Below, piece by piece: positions 39,501 to 48,522 of a stretch of 64,000 bases of DNA (positions are counted from its first letter, which is position 1; each line of letters starts with the position of its first letter). The translations under genes and the position numbers were made by a program. The notes beneath the pieces are model-generated. The model saw only the letters and a list, made by a program, of their open reading frames with translations. It was not told the origin of the DNA and made no database searches. Origin of the DNA: a virus; the IMG/VR virus record IMGVR_UViG_3300028393_000022. One strand, given 5' to 3'.

Positions 39501-42500
39501 GCGTTTTTTGTTCCTTTATCTTTAATAAATCCTTGATAGAATTTATACTGACTTATAGAATTAGTAAAAATATTATCCAGGTATGTCCTAGGAGTATATC
39601 CTGTAAGATGTTGTGCCAACCGCTGCTGACCAAAATCAAAGTTATCAATATCTAAACTGTAAAAGTCTTCAAATTGATTAATTTTATAATCAAAGTTAGG
39701 CAGCAATTGGGGGATTGGCTTGCTCGCCAATTGATCCCACTCTGTAAAATTAAATGTAGGGCTTGCAGATACTTTGGCCAACGCTTCGTAATATCTGCCA
39801 TTATATCGAACAACTGTGCCGGGTAAGTAAGTTCCAGAAGCGGACCAATCTATGATTTTAACATTATCAAAAACAAATCCCGGACTAAACAAATCACCAT
39901 TCCAATTTTTAGTCCTAAATCCTGATAATTTAATTCTTTGCTGTTTATATCCAGTCTCTACATCATATATAATGTCGTTAAACATTGTATAATTTTTAAA
40001 GACCATGGCATGCTCTTTTTGTACAGAATTAATAGTAGCAAAGAAAAGACCTTCATTGGGATCAGTAGTTTTAATTATGCAAACTGTATCTTCCCTAGAC
40101 ATAGTAAAGCTATTAATAGGATATGGTTTTCCATCTGCTTTTAAAAGACTGTATTCGTACTTGCTGGAATTAATATCATCTGCTACTGAATTAGGGAAAC
40201 TATATTTGATATAATTTGCAAAAGGACTTAATGTAATTAAATTGTTTTCGGCCCAATTTTGAGTTGTCCAATACAAAAATTCTTTACCTGTAAATTTCCA
40301 ATTTAACATTTCGTTTAAATCGGTACTGAACTCATCAAATATAAATCCTTCAGCTTCAAGGTACGCACCGTATCCAACAATTATATTATATACTTCTTGT
40401 ACTGTGGATAATTCAGTGCCGTAAGGGATTTGTGTTATAGTTTTCTCAAAAGAAGATGCTAGTTTTGCTTCGGCGCCTCCTACAATAGGTAATCCGGGCA
40501 AAGGAACATACAATGTAGGATCAAATGTGGATTCAGCAACATGTCCTACTTTAACTCTGTAAAACTTATTGCCGTATCTAATAAGTTGACCTTGCTTATA
40601 ATATCTAGTAGTGGGTCCAGATGCACTTGTTAAATCAACAGAACTTAATCCAGAATTTCCATTGTTAACAACATTTGACCAATCTGAAAATTCTTCTGAT
40701 ACGCCGCCCACTTTTACTGCACCTGTTGCGGCATTTGAGATAGGGTTAAAAATTTTAAAATATGGATTAGCTACATCATATCCTTTAATTACAAAATTAC
40801 CGTTAGATCTTTGAACAATGATACCAGAAATTCTAGCAGTTTTAATAGGATTGCTTACATTTAATATTAAAGAATAATCTTCAGGAGGCAAAACTACACC
40901 AGGACTAGTTGATGCAGGATCAATAGAATCAATTGTAATTTGTAATTTTTCCTTGCTAGCAAACCCGCCTAGCTTGTGGAAAAGATTAGATTCTAAGTAA
41001 GTAAGATCTTGTTTTAATACATTGATATAGTTTTGATCTTTCTGATTACCTTTCTCAATAACATAAGATCCATAACCTGCAATCATAGAATCTGCATCGC
41101 CTTCAATGACCAGCTTTCTAGGATCTAAATAAAGACCAGTGGTAGTGTAAGTTACCTGGCCCAATGGGTTAATGGTTGTTCTACTGGTGTCATATAACGT
41201 AGAACAAAAATTTGTAGGGTCTAATAAGGCGGCAGTAGATATCAATGCAAACGGCCAAGCACTACTATTTCTCCATGCATTTTCAGCCGGACCCATATCA
41301 CCAAATTTCCAACTGGCAAGTTTGTCTTGATAGTTACTTGCCGATACTAAAAACAACTCTGGGCTCTTTAAATTCCCCAATGCATCTACAGGAATAATAT
41401 TACTTAACCCTTGACGAACATAATTTGTATCAAAAGTGCCAGTACTTGCGTTATAACCAAGTTCAATATCTGACCACATGACCGTATTGGCAGAGGTATA
41501 TGGAGCCGGTCCATATATATTCTCCCACCAAATTGGTTTGGTTGTTAAACCTAACATTTCCCACGGTCTAATATCAGGACGCTGGGTATCATAAAAATAT
41601 CTAAATAAATTCTTAGAGGTACCAGTCACTTCGCTATTAAACCATTTGTCGATACTACCTTTAAAATTCCAGGTCTTTGAATTACCAGAATCAAATGTAG
41701 AATTGGTCTTTACATCAACGTTGTTTATACCTGCCCATCTAGAAAAATCACTAATAAGGATGCTGTTTAAATCTTCAACAGAATATTTTGTATTTCTAAA
41801 TGCGCCAGGTTGTATTGCAATAATATCAAATAATTTACTGTTGTATTGAACTTTAATATTATTAAAAATTCGTTGTTCAAATTCAAGAATAATAGCATCT
41901 CTATAATCGCCGTAGGCTTTTATGATACTACCGTCATGCCCTTTAATACATAATGTAGGAACAACATAAGAGGTATCTGTATAAATTTCAGGTACTGTTG
42001 CAGGATATAGTCCCAATTTACTAGGGGTAGGAGGTACATAACTTCCCAGTGTATTTGGATAACAATTAATAGATATAACGTCATTAACTAATAAATCTGT
42101 TAAGAAAATAACCGATCCATTAATATAACTAAATGTATAATCTACTCCATATGATTGCTGGACATTGTTCAAATAAACATTAACTGCTTTAAAACTTAAT
42201 CTAGTCAGATCAAATTCAAATCCTATAGGATATTCAACATTGTTAATATCTCGAACAGTAAATGTTCTAACTGTTTTGTTTTGACCATAACCTAACATAT
42301 CAGAACGCTGATACATTGATTTAATATCTTTGGCTCGATTTAAATTAGTTAAAATAGAATCCACTGCATCAATGGGAGATGCTTGGTTGTCAATTGCAAT
42401 TAATGATCTTAAAAAATTCATTTTAAACTGACTATAATGATCGCCAGCTTGTCTAATTGCATCAACTAAATTATGTTCTTTCTTGCCAAGAAATATTTGT

Positions 42501-44485
42501 GCAAACGAAATAGGATTTGCATTAACTATTAATCGAGTCCCGTTCTTAGTATAGTTAACTAAATCTCTTAAATTTGAACCAGTATATGCAGGAATCTTAC
42601 TTACCATTGATGACAAATGATCACCTAGTTCACTAAGTGTCATACTAGAAAATGTGCCATTCAATGGGTTATTAGTTAAACCAATAGGCGTTTCATAATA
42701 ACCATTTAGATTAGGTTGTTGTGTTGTAAAAACTTTTATTACTATGACATCATTAATATATAATGTATCAGTAGTAATTGTAATTTCAGCCGAAGTTGCA
42801 CTAATAATAGATGACAGTTTTTTACCGTTTTTATAAACTTCCACGGTCAGATCAGTAGTAACAATGGGTTTATCTAAACAAGTTAAAGTCAGTGTATTTG
42901 TTTGTTCAGCAATTGTCTGAATCTCAATAATAGGAATCTGATAGTCAGATGCCTCTACCCATACATTAATTAATTCATTATCTAATTTTAAATAGGTAAC
43001 TGCTGCGGATATAGTAGTGCTTGCATTATTAGAAATAACAGAGATAGTGTCTGTCATAAAATAATTTTTAAATAGATAACTTCCTAATCCAATGCTATTT
43101 TGGTATTTTAAAGAAAATTTCAAAACTTTATCATATACAGTACCCAATTCATAACCAAATAATTTAGTACCCGTAAAGTTATTAATTTCTAAAGATTTAG
43201 TAAAACTTGTTCCGTCAGCCGTGAATAAATCAAATAACGGAGGCTGATTTACTTTGTCGTGTTGTTGTGCGTATATCCATTTAATATTAGTAGCATCAAA
43301 GTACCAGCTTGTCCCATAAAATTCGTTTCCAGAATTGATACTAATTGAATTATGATCAGAAGGAATCGCATCTGCTGCAGGAATAAGACGTAATAATGGG
43401 ATTTCTCCTGCGGAGTTTATATCTATCTCAAAAATTCTACCCCTTACAGCATCATTTAGATCGGCATTAAAAATTACCCTATTTCCTTTTTGCAACAATG
43501 TACCGTCAACATAGAATCCAGGACTGCCGTCAACTTCAACAAATGCATCTCTAACAGAATTATCAATAACATCTATATTTTGATTACCAACTTTTCCAAA
43601 ATTATATAATTGTAAATTTGGTCTAAATTCAACAATAGGACGTTTTGCTCGAGCCCCCAATGGATATAATGCAGGAACATTATTAATATTAGCAGTAGCT
43701 TCGATAATATCTCTATGGAACCATCGATTGTATCGAGACCATGGATTTAGATCTTTACTAGCTCGATTAATAGTAATATAATCGGGTTCAACGGGCAATC
43801 GCTTGTCTCCACCTGCATCAAATGGATAATTATCAAAATTAATACTATCAAATGTTTCGTCAAAACCTGTTGCTATTCTTGCCGACGAAGTTAATAATGA
43901 AAAATCAATTAGTTTAATAGATTGTCCGACTCCCTCTACAATATATTCTACATTTGATATAGAAATTTTCATACCGTTGCTTAAAGGATAACCGTTGCTC
44001 ATAATATAAGACGGAGATCCAATAATATCATTTATATTGTCAGACTTTAAAAAAATAACGGTAGGGCCGACAGGAAGCCAATAATAGCTAGTATAGTTGA
44101 CTAGTTTATCCCAGTCAATTAACGGATCATAAGAATAAAATTTAGATTTTAATAAGGTGTCGAGATTATTTGTTTTGCTACCTTGTATTCCCAATTCATT
44201 AATTAAATCATTATATGCAACAGCATCAGTAATATTTCCTAATTGATCTTTAAAAACTATTGCTGGCTCTAAACTATAATTTTTTCTCAAAGGGGATGAA
44301 TCTTCGAGATAAGAATCCACCGCTGGACGATAATTGGGGGTAATTTTTGAACCAATATATCCATCAACCCGCTCAACTTGAGGCGTTTGAATAAGTTGAT
44401 CGATAGTGCTAGATAAAAACTTAGAGTTTTTATCTGTCCTTATATACTCTGGTAATAAATTAACTGATTTCTTAATATCCGCCAT
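30512..44485 (-). CDS. Giant (4657 aa) baseplate wedge/virion structural protein
   Basis: Uninterrupted ORF after the gp6-like gene. FG-GAP-like repeats (FGYSL, FGHSI, YGNSV), NPGSGY repeats and VKPYHTKIR. Confidence 0.7.
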   Translation of the reverse strand: MADIKKSVNLLPEYIRTDKNSKFLSSTIDQLIQTPQVERVDGYIGSKITPNYRPAVDSYLEDSSPLRKNYSLEPAIVFKDQLGNITDAVAYNDLINELGIQGSKTNNLDTLLKSKFYSYDPLIDWDKLVNYTSYYWLPVGPTVIFLKSDNINDIIGSPSYIMSNGYPLSNGMKISISNVEYIVEGVGQSIKLIDFSLLTSSARIATGFDETFDSINFDNYPFDAGGDKRLPVEPDYITINRASKDLNPWSRYNRWFHRDIIEATANINNVPALYPLGARAKRPIVEFRPNLQLYNFGKVGNQNIDVIDNSVRDAFVEVDGSPGFYVDGTLLQKGNRVIFNADLNDAVRGRIFEIDINSAGEIPLLRLIPAADAIPSDHNSISINSGNEFYGTSWYFDATNIKWIYAQQHDKVNQPPLFDLFTADGTSFTKSLEINNFTGTKLFGYELGTVYDKVLKFSLKYQNSIGLGSYLFKNYFMTDTISVISNNASTTISAAVTYLKLDNELINVWVEASDYQIPIIEIQTIAEQTNTLTLTCLDKPIVTTDLTVEVYKNGKKLSSIISATSAEITITTDTLYINDVIVIKVFTTQQPNLNGYYETPIGLTNNPLNGTFSSMTLSELGDHLSSMVSKIPAYTGSNLRDLVNYTKNGTRLIVNANPISFAQIFLGKKEHNLVDAIRQAGDHYSQFKMNFLRSLIAIDNQASPIDAVDSILTNLNRAKDIKSMYQRSDMLGYGQNKTVRTFTVRDINNVEYPIGFEFDLTRLSFKAVNVYLNNVQQSYGVDYTFSYINGSVIFLTDLLVNDVISINCYPNTLGSYVPPTPSKLGLYPATVPEIYTDTSYVVPTLCIKGHDGSIIKAYGDYRDAIILEFEQRIFNNIKVQYNSKLFDIIAIQPGAFRNTKYSVEDLNSILISDFSRWAGINNVDVKTNSTFDSGNSKTWNFKGSIDKWFNSEVTGTSKNLFRYFYDTQRPDIRPWEMLGLTTKPIWWENIYGPAPYTSANTVMWSDIELGYNASTGTFDTNYVRQGLSNIIPVDALGNLKSPELFLVSASNYQDKLASWKFGDMGPAENAWRNSSAWPFALISTAALLDPTNFCSTLYDTSRTTINPLGQVTYTTTGLYLDPRKLVIEGDADSMIAGYGSYVIEKGNQKDQNYINVLKQDLTYLESNLFHKLGGFASKEKLQITIDSIDPASTSPGVVLPPEDYSLILNVSNPIKTARISGIIVQRSNGNFVIKGYDVANPYFKIFNPISNAATGAVKVGGVSEEFSDWSNVVNNGNSGLSSVDLTSASGPTTRYYKQGQLIRYGNKFYRVKVGHVAESTFDPTLYVPLPGLPIVGGAEAKLASSFEKTITQIPYGTELSTVQEVYNIIVGYGAYLEAEGFIFDEFSTDLNEMLNWKFTGKEFLYWTTQNWAENNLITLSPFANYIKYSFPNSVADDINSSKYEYSLLKADGKPYPINSFTMSREDTVCIIKTTDPNEGLFFATINSVQKEHAMVFKNYTMFNDIIYDVETGYKQQRIKLSGFRTKNWNGDLFSPGFVFDNVKIIDWSASGTYLPGTVVRYNGRYYEALAKVSASPTFNFTEWDQLASKPIPQLLPNFDYKINQFEDFYSLDIDNFDFGQQRLAQHLTGYTPRTYLDNIFTNSISQYKFYQGFIKDKGTKNALDKLSKAAQNTNKGNITFKEEWAFRVGQYGSYNSFNEIEFPLTEGTALENPYIVKFTDSIPTVTAPLVNYVTSASLLLTPNNYVPSNTFDSYKGTWEDNNLKLTTAGYVRLDDITSTAYNKNSLLDIANNHILKEGDTIWLGFLENGDWTVYRYVKQLAEITGVYVSAPGSEITFVTDSYHNLTAGDIVSIVRFNQQVNGVYVVTSISELNQFTVSSTLTTIENAELLNYGSLFTFSSARYNNLDELSTITDLLKLNSGDKVWIDTGIDGKWQVYEKIKNYSPTVNAASTASLGQQFGSSIYANDNSDVMLVSAPGWRLENAFNWGRIKVYNKINNVWSRQYDYILNSSSKQYCSSTSSTQFGYSLQYDINKKLYIAGAPDATFVRSTTIGTGTVILSTGSGEIKSFVKEGLVKINSRDEEFGVINVDLVLVNPYGTTADTAANSRFGHSIYINQVSTGSTTMLVSAPGTASFNGPGSVYAYKITAITNTITNVTTATVKGFTLTNTVPLVVSTSSISLSAGNQWGYKVAGTLNGTTIAISAPGYFTSTGVVQLFDINLTHTQTINSPFGVNSKFGYDIAFSESKKYLLISAPETKSTNDPYGKVVIYTLTNGMYVLNQIISNPLPTNDLKFGHSISISKDELTIAISALGKNRSKKQVYDASINVGQTTFDGDSTKFFESVEDAGTVYVYNKIGNYFIQADELNDTVILKGSRYGNSVVATNHEVIIGAPTSQQYSASPLISDESKLYIFNKIDITSGSWKILREQEDTVDVSSINRVALIDTLKEEIVNYLDVVDPVKGKIAGIAEQELKYKAAFDPATYSIGLASTIVNNETNWLDEHIGDLWWDLSTAKYMWYEQGNEIFRKNNWGRMFPGATIDVYEWVKSDMLPSEWAAVADTNNGLTKGISGQPKYPDNSIISVKQVFNNVTGSFENVYYFWVKNKLTLPNNNRRLSSYQVASYIADPTANGLKFIEIISPNAVAFANVQSMLVGNRINASISTDANSIIPKHTEWLLLNEGDHTNVPNTLLEKKLFDSLLGHDSLGNVVPSTNLTYRNRYGIGIRPQQTFFKDRLAALRNLISFINSVFVKNRIVGNYSFENLNKKEELPALYSYEYDQIVEDLDALNEIYTVRYVQAELECYAENGKVKNVIITNPGFGYSIAPKINIISSSLTPAEITTTIDTQGRVISVTIINPGSGYTDINVQTTVRPHTVIVQTNSDINGKWSKHTFDYVFRTWIKTQTQKYDTTKFWTAVDWVSSEFDSYKSLTYTISNLSELGSLTSITDGEYVKVKNIGDGRYAILKKVNGLGNYIPLYDIIYRELGTIQLLDTLWDYTKGKYLYDAASIEETPYNQIPDQELYYILLALKNNIFINDLKVNWNLFFFAAVKFALTEQKLLDWAFKTSFINVSNNIGSLDQPSVYKLNNESYFEEYIKEVKPYHTKIRSYTSIYSHVDGQTSEGFNLNITDFDLPAYVNTLTNSLTTVNVGDPILMNYPWKNWNDNYKLFVGSIEVGYTGSGYSERPTVVITTAPGDSGSGAEAEAYIRNGKVYKVIVTNPGSGYTATPLATIVGGGSVIDVARVSVIMDNINTRKNLIGIKFDRTSSSGDLIDLTVTDEFLCDGTTNKFTLTWLASPDKKTITPLVDGKLVYSADYTIEYYQIKVEKDGINIPAAFPRNSWEGERMIDHRYKYFNTITPNNLPDNIRHYAKFVFLNQIPNFEQVFKITYNKNIDLYNAVDRINKMYNPTDLMPGKELPLLMDGIEYSGTQIQGLKFEQTPNWDSTGTGFDSAPWGDTLSSYTKTQLLQDLYFPTQAFSVASIDGIFPGQSIGFAGTSTYNQIFKPGTVVTGVNRPLPERKDGIVYISTLDRVDTQIFYAWSTGTAKGSTITIETKDPFRTAISKGDRVKIYGVNSLAGYGIETIYFVRGSRPVVNTYTDIPSVSVIIAPPDFPGGIQATAVPLFDGNTATIIQVTNPGMGYSIPPNMYLSGPLKSYGSIAGSLDPGYNQFAYVEAATTNQIQFKSQFTLSSTATVLPLMPLSGRFPYFDLLSENVSYVNSKNKLIDHTVTTFDSSTHLVVNILATVEQTARASVYLNSTEVLSTSTDTVWYSVTNSVDGYNRSIVSVQNATGAILSGTVDVKLYDFTEIEFYSYNTEYSNLDSLISGSYIQDNFNGYKAEDIRIDGNNFLNEIDSHAPEECVPGYVRDSLGINVYTVGTPSSPLVQSGVFTAITNVPTRAKLTYVPATPAGFLVYANGITYTRVDNEGAFSSSTQYAIFGNEIIVPAQLAITKIGYTFITVGSDVKMDSSFIAVDISTIEGTGTAMVSSLLMIDDVKSVYVLANGHPVPLLLPGYNYGYTLEPVSLVNNRASVKIYGLNSGSYTFEAWFFDAVYPVFNRVYEQFNTVSSSSSSITSMILAMPPTIIEPLSEEIIVEKITSTGRYRMLPPWATYYKIRSGITTFAIDPKNSRPSTYSLDNVKVYLNGKELRPGYDFAVNVINETITILVPTIRTGDAIAITPMVDYEYTVAGDTLYFSSPISDATIKVTTFTNHDNMLIRTERFKGNYSRKFTLTLPAINESYTWVTVNNKPLIGGYDYMLLDDYKTIELSEFIDVGLTDDIVIVTVNPPTFDDKILGFRLFNDMFNRQDFHRISKYFSTALTEPLTYDSDRVFVEDGDHLLEPNPGLNLPGVVYIDGERIEYLEKDGNVLSQLRRSTLGTGPALFSDIGTKVIDQSVRQSIPTVYRNLVQHIPTSTATTYIISTIGNTATFSVNTTTSVGAGIILSNLANAVDQVEVYYGGRRLRKTSLEVHDKSISYYNSPESTIVYPPEFSINMPKTVLVTEMVNGGHIQYGSGWVFHETTETMKIQPGWIMQDASGHRYIVVYSGHNDLFNGWGVGFADAITIAWPLTFIEPTKITLNIAEEIKAGTRITIVQRQGEFWEDTASTSLLSSTGTQATFLRFRTADLPNIYFYGGDNMLTEESNALTDENGEPLQGY

Positions 44486-44486
44486 G

Positions 44487-47400
44487 TTAGGTTCCGCTAG
44501 TAGTTACGATTGTTGATGTTGCTTTTAATTGAGATGCTGTGATAGCATCAATGATTTCTATATCTGCAATTTCGGCACCACTAATAAAAATTTCGTTAGA
44601 TTGAGCAGCTACTTCATATAGACTGCCAAAACTACCAATGCTTTTAGGAGTGATAACAAAATTAGTTATGTCCGGAGATAATTGATTCATTACATAAGTT
44701 GATAATTCGCTAAAGTAGAAAGATTGGCCAAATTCCCAATTTTCTAATGCAAAGAATTCATTAATAGCTGATAAAATTCTAGTCTTTAAGTCATTGCTAG
44801 TAGTAGGCCTATCAGAATTTCTTACAGCCTTGAATTTTGCCTGCAGACTCGATGATGCTTGTCTGCCAAATAATACTTTGTATTTTACTGAATGAAAAAT
44901 AATCTCATCACTAATGGCTTTAATTGGTTCTAAGTAATTAGAATAATTTTGTTCTAAACTATAGCTTGTAGGCGCAAGAGGTTCTGTAGGAAGATTTCCT
45001 GCTAACCAACTTCTAATCTCAGTGTCATATCCTGTAGTCAAAACATATATATCTATAATGTTTGACTTACTGGGATCAATTCGCCTTTCATAACCGCTAT
45101 TATGAACATATTGAAATTTTAAATTAGAGCGGCCAGGTCTTGCAAAATACTGATCAGTATATATCAATGTTGCAGTAGTCTTGGACCAGTACTTAACTAT
45201 ATTAAGTGACGGATTGTAAAAATAAAATAAATCACCATCATTTACATCTGCAGTATTATATGTAGAGAAAAAATTGTTTTCAGTATCAAGAGGTACAATA
45301 CCAGTCGTTAAATCGTAACGTAGTCCATCGCTTCTACGTTTAAAATATACAAAGTTTTTTTTAAATCCTGTAGCAGGATCAATAAAATTAGGATTAACAA
45401 TGGTATTAAAAGAATCAGGATCTTCTATTTGTCCTGTATTATTATAATCGTAAAAACTAACTTTAATTTTCTTAGGGTTAACATACCCATCAGCTTCGAT
45501 TACAGGGTTGTCTATTTGCCACGAATAGTCAGATACTAGTTTACTTGAATAGTTATTTCCTGCTAACCAGTTATTTGATACTTTTCTAAAAACAATTTTT
45601 GTGTTTGTATTAATATAATAATCACCATTGCTACCAATGATAGAAGTTGGATTTGTTGTATCTGAAAACCAAGATTTAGTCGATTCAGGTTCGGTGTTAA
45701 TAGATAATACACTGATTTTATCTTTAATAACTTTGTTAGTAACAAAATCATAATTTACAGATGTGTTGTCAACATAAAAAGCTGTTTCAGCATTACTTTC
45801 AAATATAAAATTTAAATTCCTGTATCTTACTTTGTAATTTTTTCCTGTCCATACAAATGCAATAATCCAACTGGCGTCTGTGCCAGCATCGTCTACATTG
45901 CCCTGATTGATTAAATTAAAGGAACTAATTAAATCTAAGTTAGAATTTAAAATTATTTCCCACGATCTTGATTGCGCAGATATTGTTAAACCAAAATTTC
46001 TTTGACTCATACAAAGATTTGCAATTTCATTTTCTATAGAATAATTTAATACATGGGCATATGTGGGAATGACTTCTACAGGAATTGCTCCCTGGGGAAC
46101 ACGACTTGCAAAAATAACAGGACCAGTTCCGTCATCGAGTGCTCCTGCACCGCTATTACTACCATCACCTATAACTTGATACACCATAGACCAAATATAG
46201 TCTCGACCACCTGTTGGAATAATACCAGACGACGGAATTGTTATAAGCGCATTGTCTGCATCAAAATATTTTCCGGTAGTGGGATTAAATTTAACCAATG
46301 CTCCAGGGGTTAAGTATCTTAAATTTTGTTCTGAATAGGCTCCCACTGCCAATGCACCGTATGCATTAGTAAAATAACCTCTACTCTGTCCAGGAGTTTT
46401 ATTAACTTCATTCCAAGTTAACAATAAAGAAGAAAGTTCAGGATTTGTAAAATTTGCTATATAAAAAGATTTTATGCTGTTAGATAAGACTACCGGAGCA
46501 AGTTGATTTTTAATAACTGCTAATACTTGATTTCTACTAGTAAATTCAAATTCAAAATATTCTTCTGATGATTCTTGATATAAGATACCGTCTGTTGCAA
46601 AAATATTAGTGCTACTATATCCGCCTGTTACATCAGAAAGATCAAAATATTTGCTCAGGCCGCTGCTAACTCTATTAACACTTTTAATTTTTAAAATGTC
46701 TGTGCCAGCTTTTAATGGAGCAATATTATAATCTTCCCCCGTAATCATTCTATTTTGTAGATAGTAAGATTGAGGAGCATTAGTTTGAATACTGGCGTTT
46801 GTTTCAGGTCCTGAACTATTACCAACAGTATATTGCAAGCTAAGTGTCATACTCAATGTATGAGGTTGATTTGCTGCATTTACATACGGTACTTGGATAA
46901 GAATACCGCTCATCTGTTCTGGCTTAATTACATATGTCTTTCCGTTACTCTGGCGATAAAATAATCGAAAATTACCTTTAGGTAGGTCGCCAAATACACC
47001 GTCGGCAAAGTTTAAATCTATTTGATCATTTTCTCTAGGAGTGACTGCATAGATGGTTCTTAGATCATTACTAAGACTGTTATAAATGACATTGTTAGTT
47101 CCGGATATTGTAGGAATATTGGTCCATAATGTAGAAAAGTTTCCATTCTTATCTAGTTGCCATAACCATACATCAGTATCATTGATGTCCGGGGTATTGA
47201 TTCCTACAATTTCATTTGGTACAGGATGATCTAAACTAAACTGGGCCATACTAATAGAGCCCTGTTTGAACATTGTAAAGAATCCTGTATCTGCACTGCC
47301 AGATCCCTGATTATCATTTTTGTAAATTATGCTAAATTTACCTGCAGGCTTAGGTGCAGATTCATAAACGTATGTTTTGCCTGCAAAGGTACACGAAGGT

Positions 47401-48032
47401 ACTTCAAAACTCATGTTGATACCGTTAACAGCTTTATTATAACTGAATAACGGTACATCAATCGTCGAGCTGTTAAGGTCATATTGTTCAGTTAATATGC
47501 CATCAATAGTAGTCCTGTCAGAAGGGACACCGAAATTAGAACTCATAGCAGAGTTCATAATGTTAATAAATTGCTGATACCAGTTTGAGTTAGTAGGATC
47601 GTTCCACCCTATTGTGGTATTAGCTAAGTTAGTACCGTTAGAATCAATCACACTATCAGTGGTAGAAACAGCAGTTACTTTTAAGAACCCATGTGCAGGG
47701 GTATTCCTTTTAGGGTGATAACTGATCAATTGTGCTAGACGTAGAATACTATCGCGGCGCTGGGCAGTTTCTAAGAAGTTTTCTCGGGCGTTTAGATCAA
47801 TACGGAAACTTAGGTTCTGTCCCAAATATGCAATTAGATCAATAAGGGCAACATATTCGCTGCTGTCAATAAAGTCGTTGAAATCTTCAGGATAATTTTC
47901 CTGAAGATATTGAATCATTGTTCTTCTTAATGTCTCAAAATCATAGCTTTTGAAGTCAGCATTGCGGAAAGATTGATAAATCTTTTTCCAATCTTCGCCG
48001 ACTAGTAATTGGGTGTTAGTTGAAGGAATCAT
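44487..48032 (-). CDS. Baseplate wedge subunit (T4 gp6-like)
   Basis: DF+SYDFETLR, ENFLETA+RRDSILRLA, QNRMITGEDY; follows the gp25-like gene. Confidence 0.8.
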   Translation of the reverse strand: MIPSTNTQLLVGEDWKKIYQSFRNADFKSYDFETLRRTMIQYLQENYPEDFNDFIDSSEYVALIDLIAYLGQNLSFRIDLNARENFLETAQRRDSILRLAQLISYHPKRNTPAHGFLKVTAVSTTDSVIDSNGTNLANTTIGWNDPTNSNWYQQFINIMNSAMSSNFGVPSDRTTIDGILTEQYDLNSSTIDVPLFSYNKAVNGINMSFEVPSCTFAGKTYVYESAPKPAGKFSIIYKNDNQGSGSADTGFFTMFKQGSISMAQFSLDHPVPNEIVGINTPDINDTDVWLWQLDKNGNFSTLWTNIPTISGTNNVIYNSLSNDLRTIYAVTPRENDQIDLNFADGVFGDLPKGNFRLFYRQSNGKTYVIKPEQMSGILIQVPYVNAANQPHTLSMTLSLQYTVGNSSGPETNASIQTNAPQSYYLQNRMITGEDYNIAPLKAGTDILKIKSVNRVSSGLSKYFDLSDVTGGYSSTNIFATDGILYQESSEEYFEFEFTSRNQVLAVIKNQLAPVVLSNSIKSFYIANFTNPELSSLLLTWNEVNKTPGQSRGYFTNAYGALAVGAYSEQNLRYLTPGALVKFNPTTGKYFDADNALITIPSSGIIPTGGRDYIWSMVYQVIGDGSNSGAGALDDGTGPVIFASRVPQGAIPVEVIPTYAHVLNYSIENEIANLCMSQRNFGLTISAQSRSWEIILNSNLDLISSFNLINQGNVDDAGTDASWIIAFVWTGKNYKVRYRNLNFIFESNAETAFYVDNTSVNYDFVTNKVIKDKISVLSINTEPESTKSWFSDTTNPTSIIGSNGDYYINTNTKIVFRKVSNNWLAGNNYSSKLVSDYSWQIDNPVIEADGYVNPKKIKVSFYDYNNTGQIEDPDSFNTIVNPNFIDPATGFKKNFVYFKRRSDGLRYDLTTGIVPLDTENNFFSTYNTADVNDGDLFYFYNPSLNIVKYWSKTTATLIYTDQYFARPGRSNLKFQYVHNSGYERRIDPSKSNIIDIYVLTTGYDTEIRSWLAGNLPTEPLAPTSYSLEQNYSNYLEPIKAISDEIIFHSVKYKVLFGRQASSSLQAKFKAVRNSDRPTTSNDLKTRILSAINEFFALENWEFGQSFYFSELSTYVMNQLSPDITNFVITPKSIGSFGSLYEVAAQSNEIFISGAEIADIEIIDAITASQLKATSTIVTTSGT

Positions 48033-48077
48033 AATTCTGCTCTATACCATATTTATTAAAAAAATTAACCGCATATA

Positions 48078-48515
48078 TTATTGTAGTACTAGGCCAATTT
48101 TCTGGTCAAAGGCCATTCGTAATGTTGAGGATTGGTCTGTATTTTTCATCGACAATGCAACTTCAATAAGGTATCCTTGTGGATATTCTGTAATTTGAAT
48201 TTGTGTGGGATATACTCTAGGATCTAGATTACATATATCTTCAACATCCTTAGTTAATGCCATCTTAATCTGAGGAGTAAGAGGTTCCATTAATACATCC
48301 CAAACAATACTACCAAAGCTAGGGTTCATTACACGCTGACCTTTACGTGTATTAAAATGGTTAAGGATGTTTTGTTTAATTAAGTCAAAGTCATATAACT
48401 TAGAGGATCTATTGTCAGGATCGACGGTACTGAACCCTTTGTAATAATGAGTTAATACGTCAGTATGCTGGCTGCTGTAGTTCTGAACATTAATTTCTAA
48501 ATTCTTGTATGGCAT
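48078..48515 (-). CDS. Baseplate wedge gp25-like protein
   Basis: IKQNILNHFNTRKGQRVMNPSFGS...DPRV. Confidence 0.85.
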   Translation of the reverse strand: MPYKNLEINVQNYSSQHTDVLTHYYKGFSTVDPDNRSSKLYDFDLIKQNILNHFNTRKGQRVMNPSFGSIVWDVLMEPLTPQIKMALTKDVEDICNLDPRVYPTQIQITEYPQGYLIEVALSMKNTDQSSTLRMAFDQKIGLVLQ

Positions 48516-48522
48516 GGTATAT

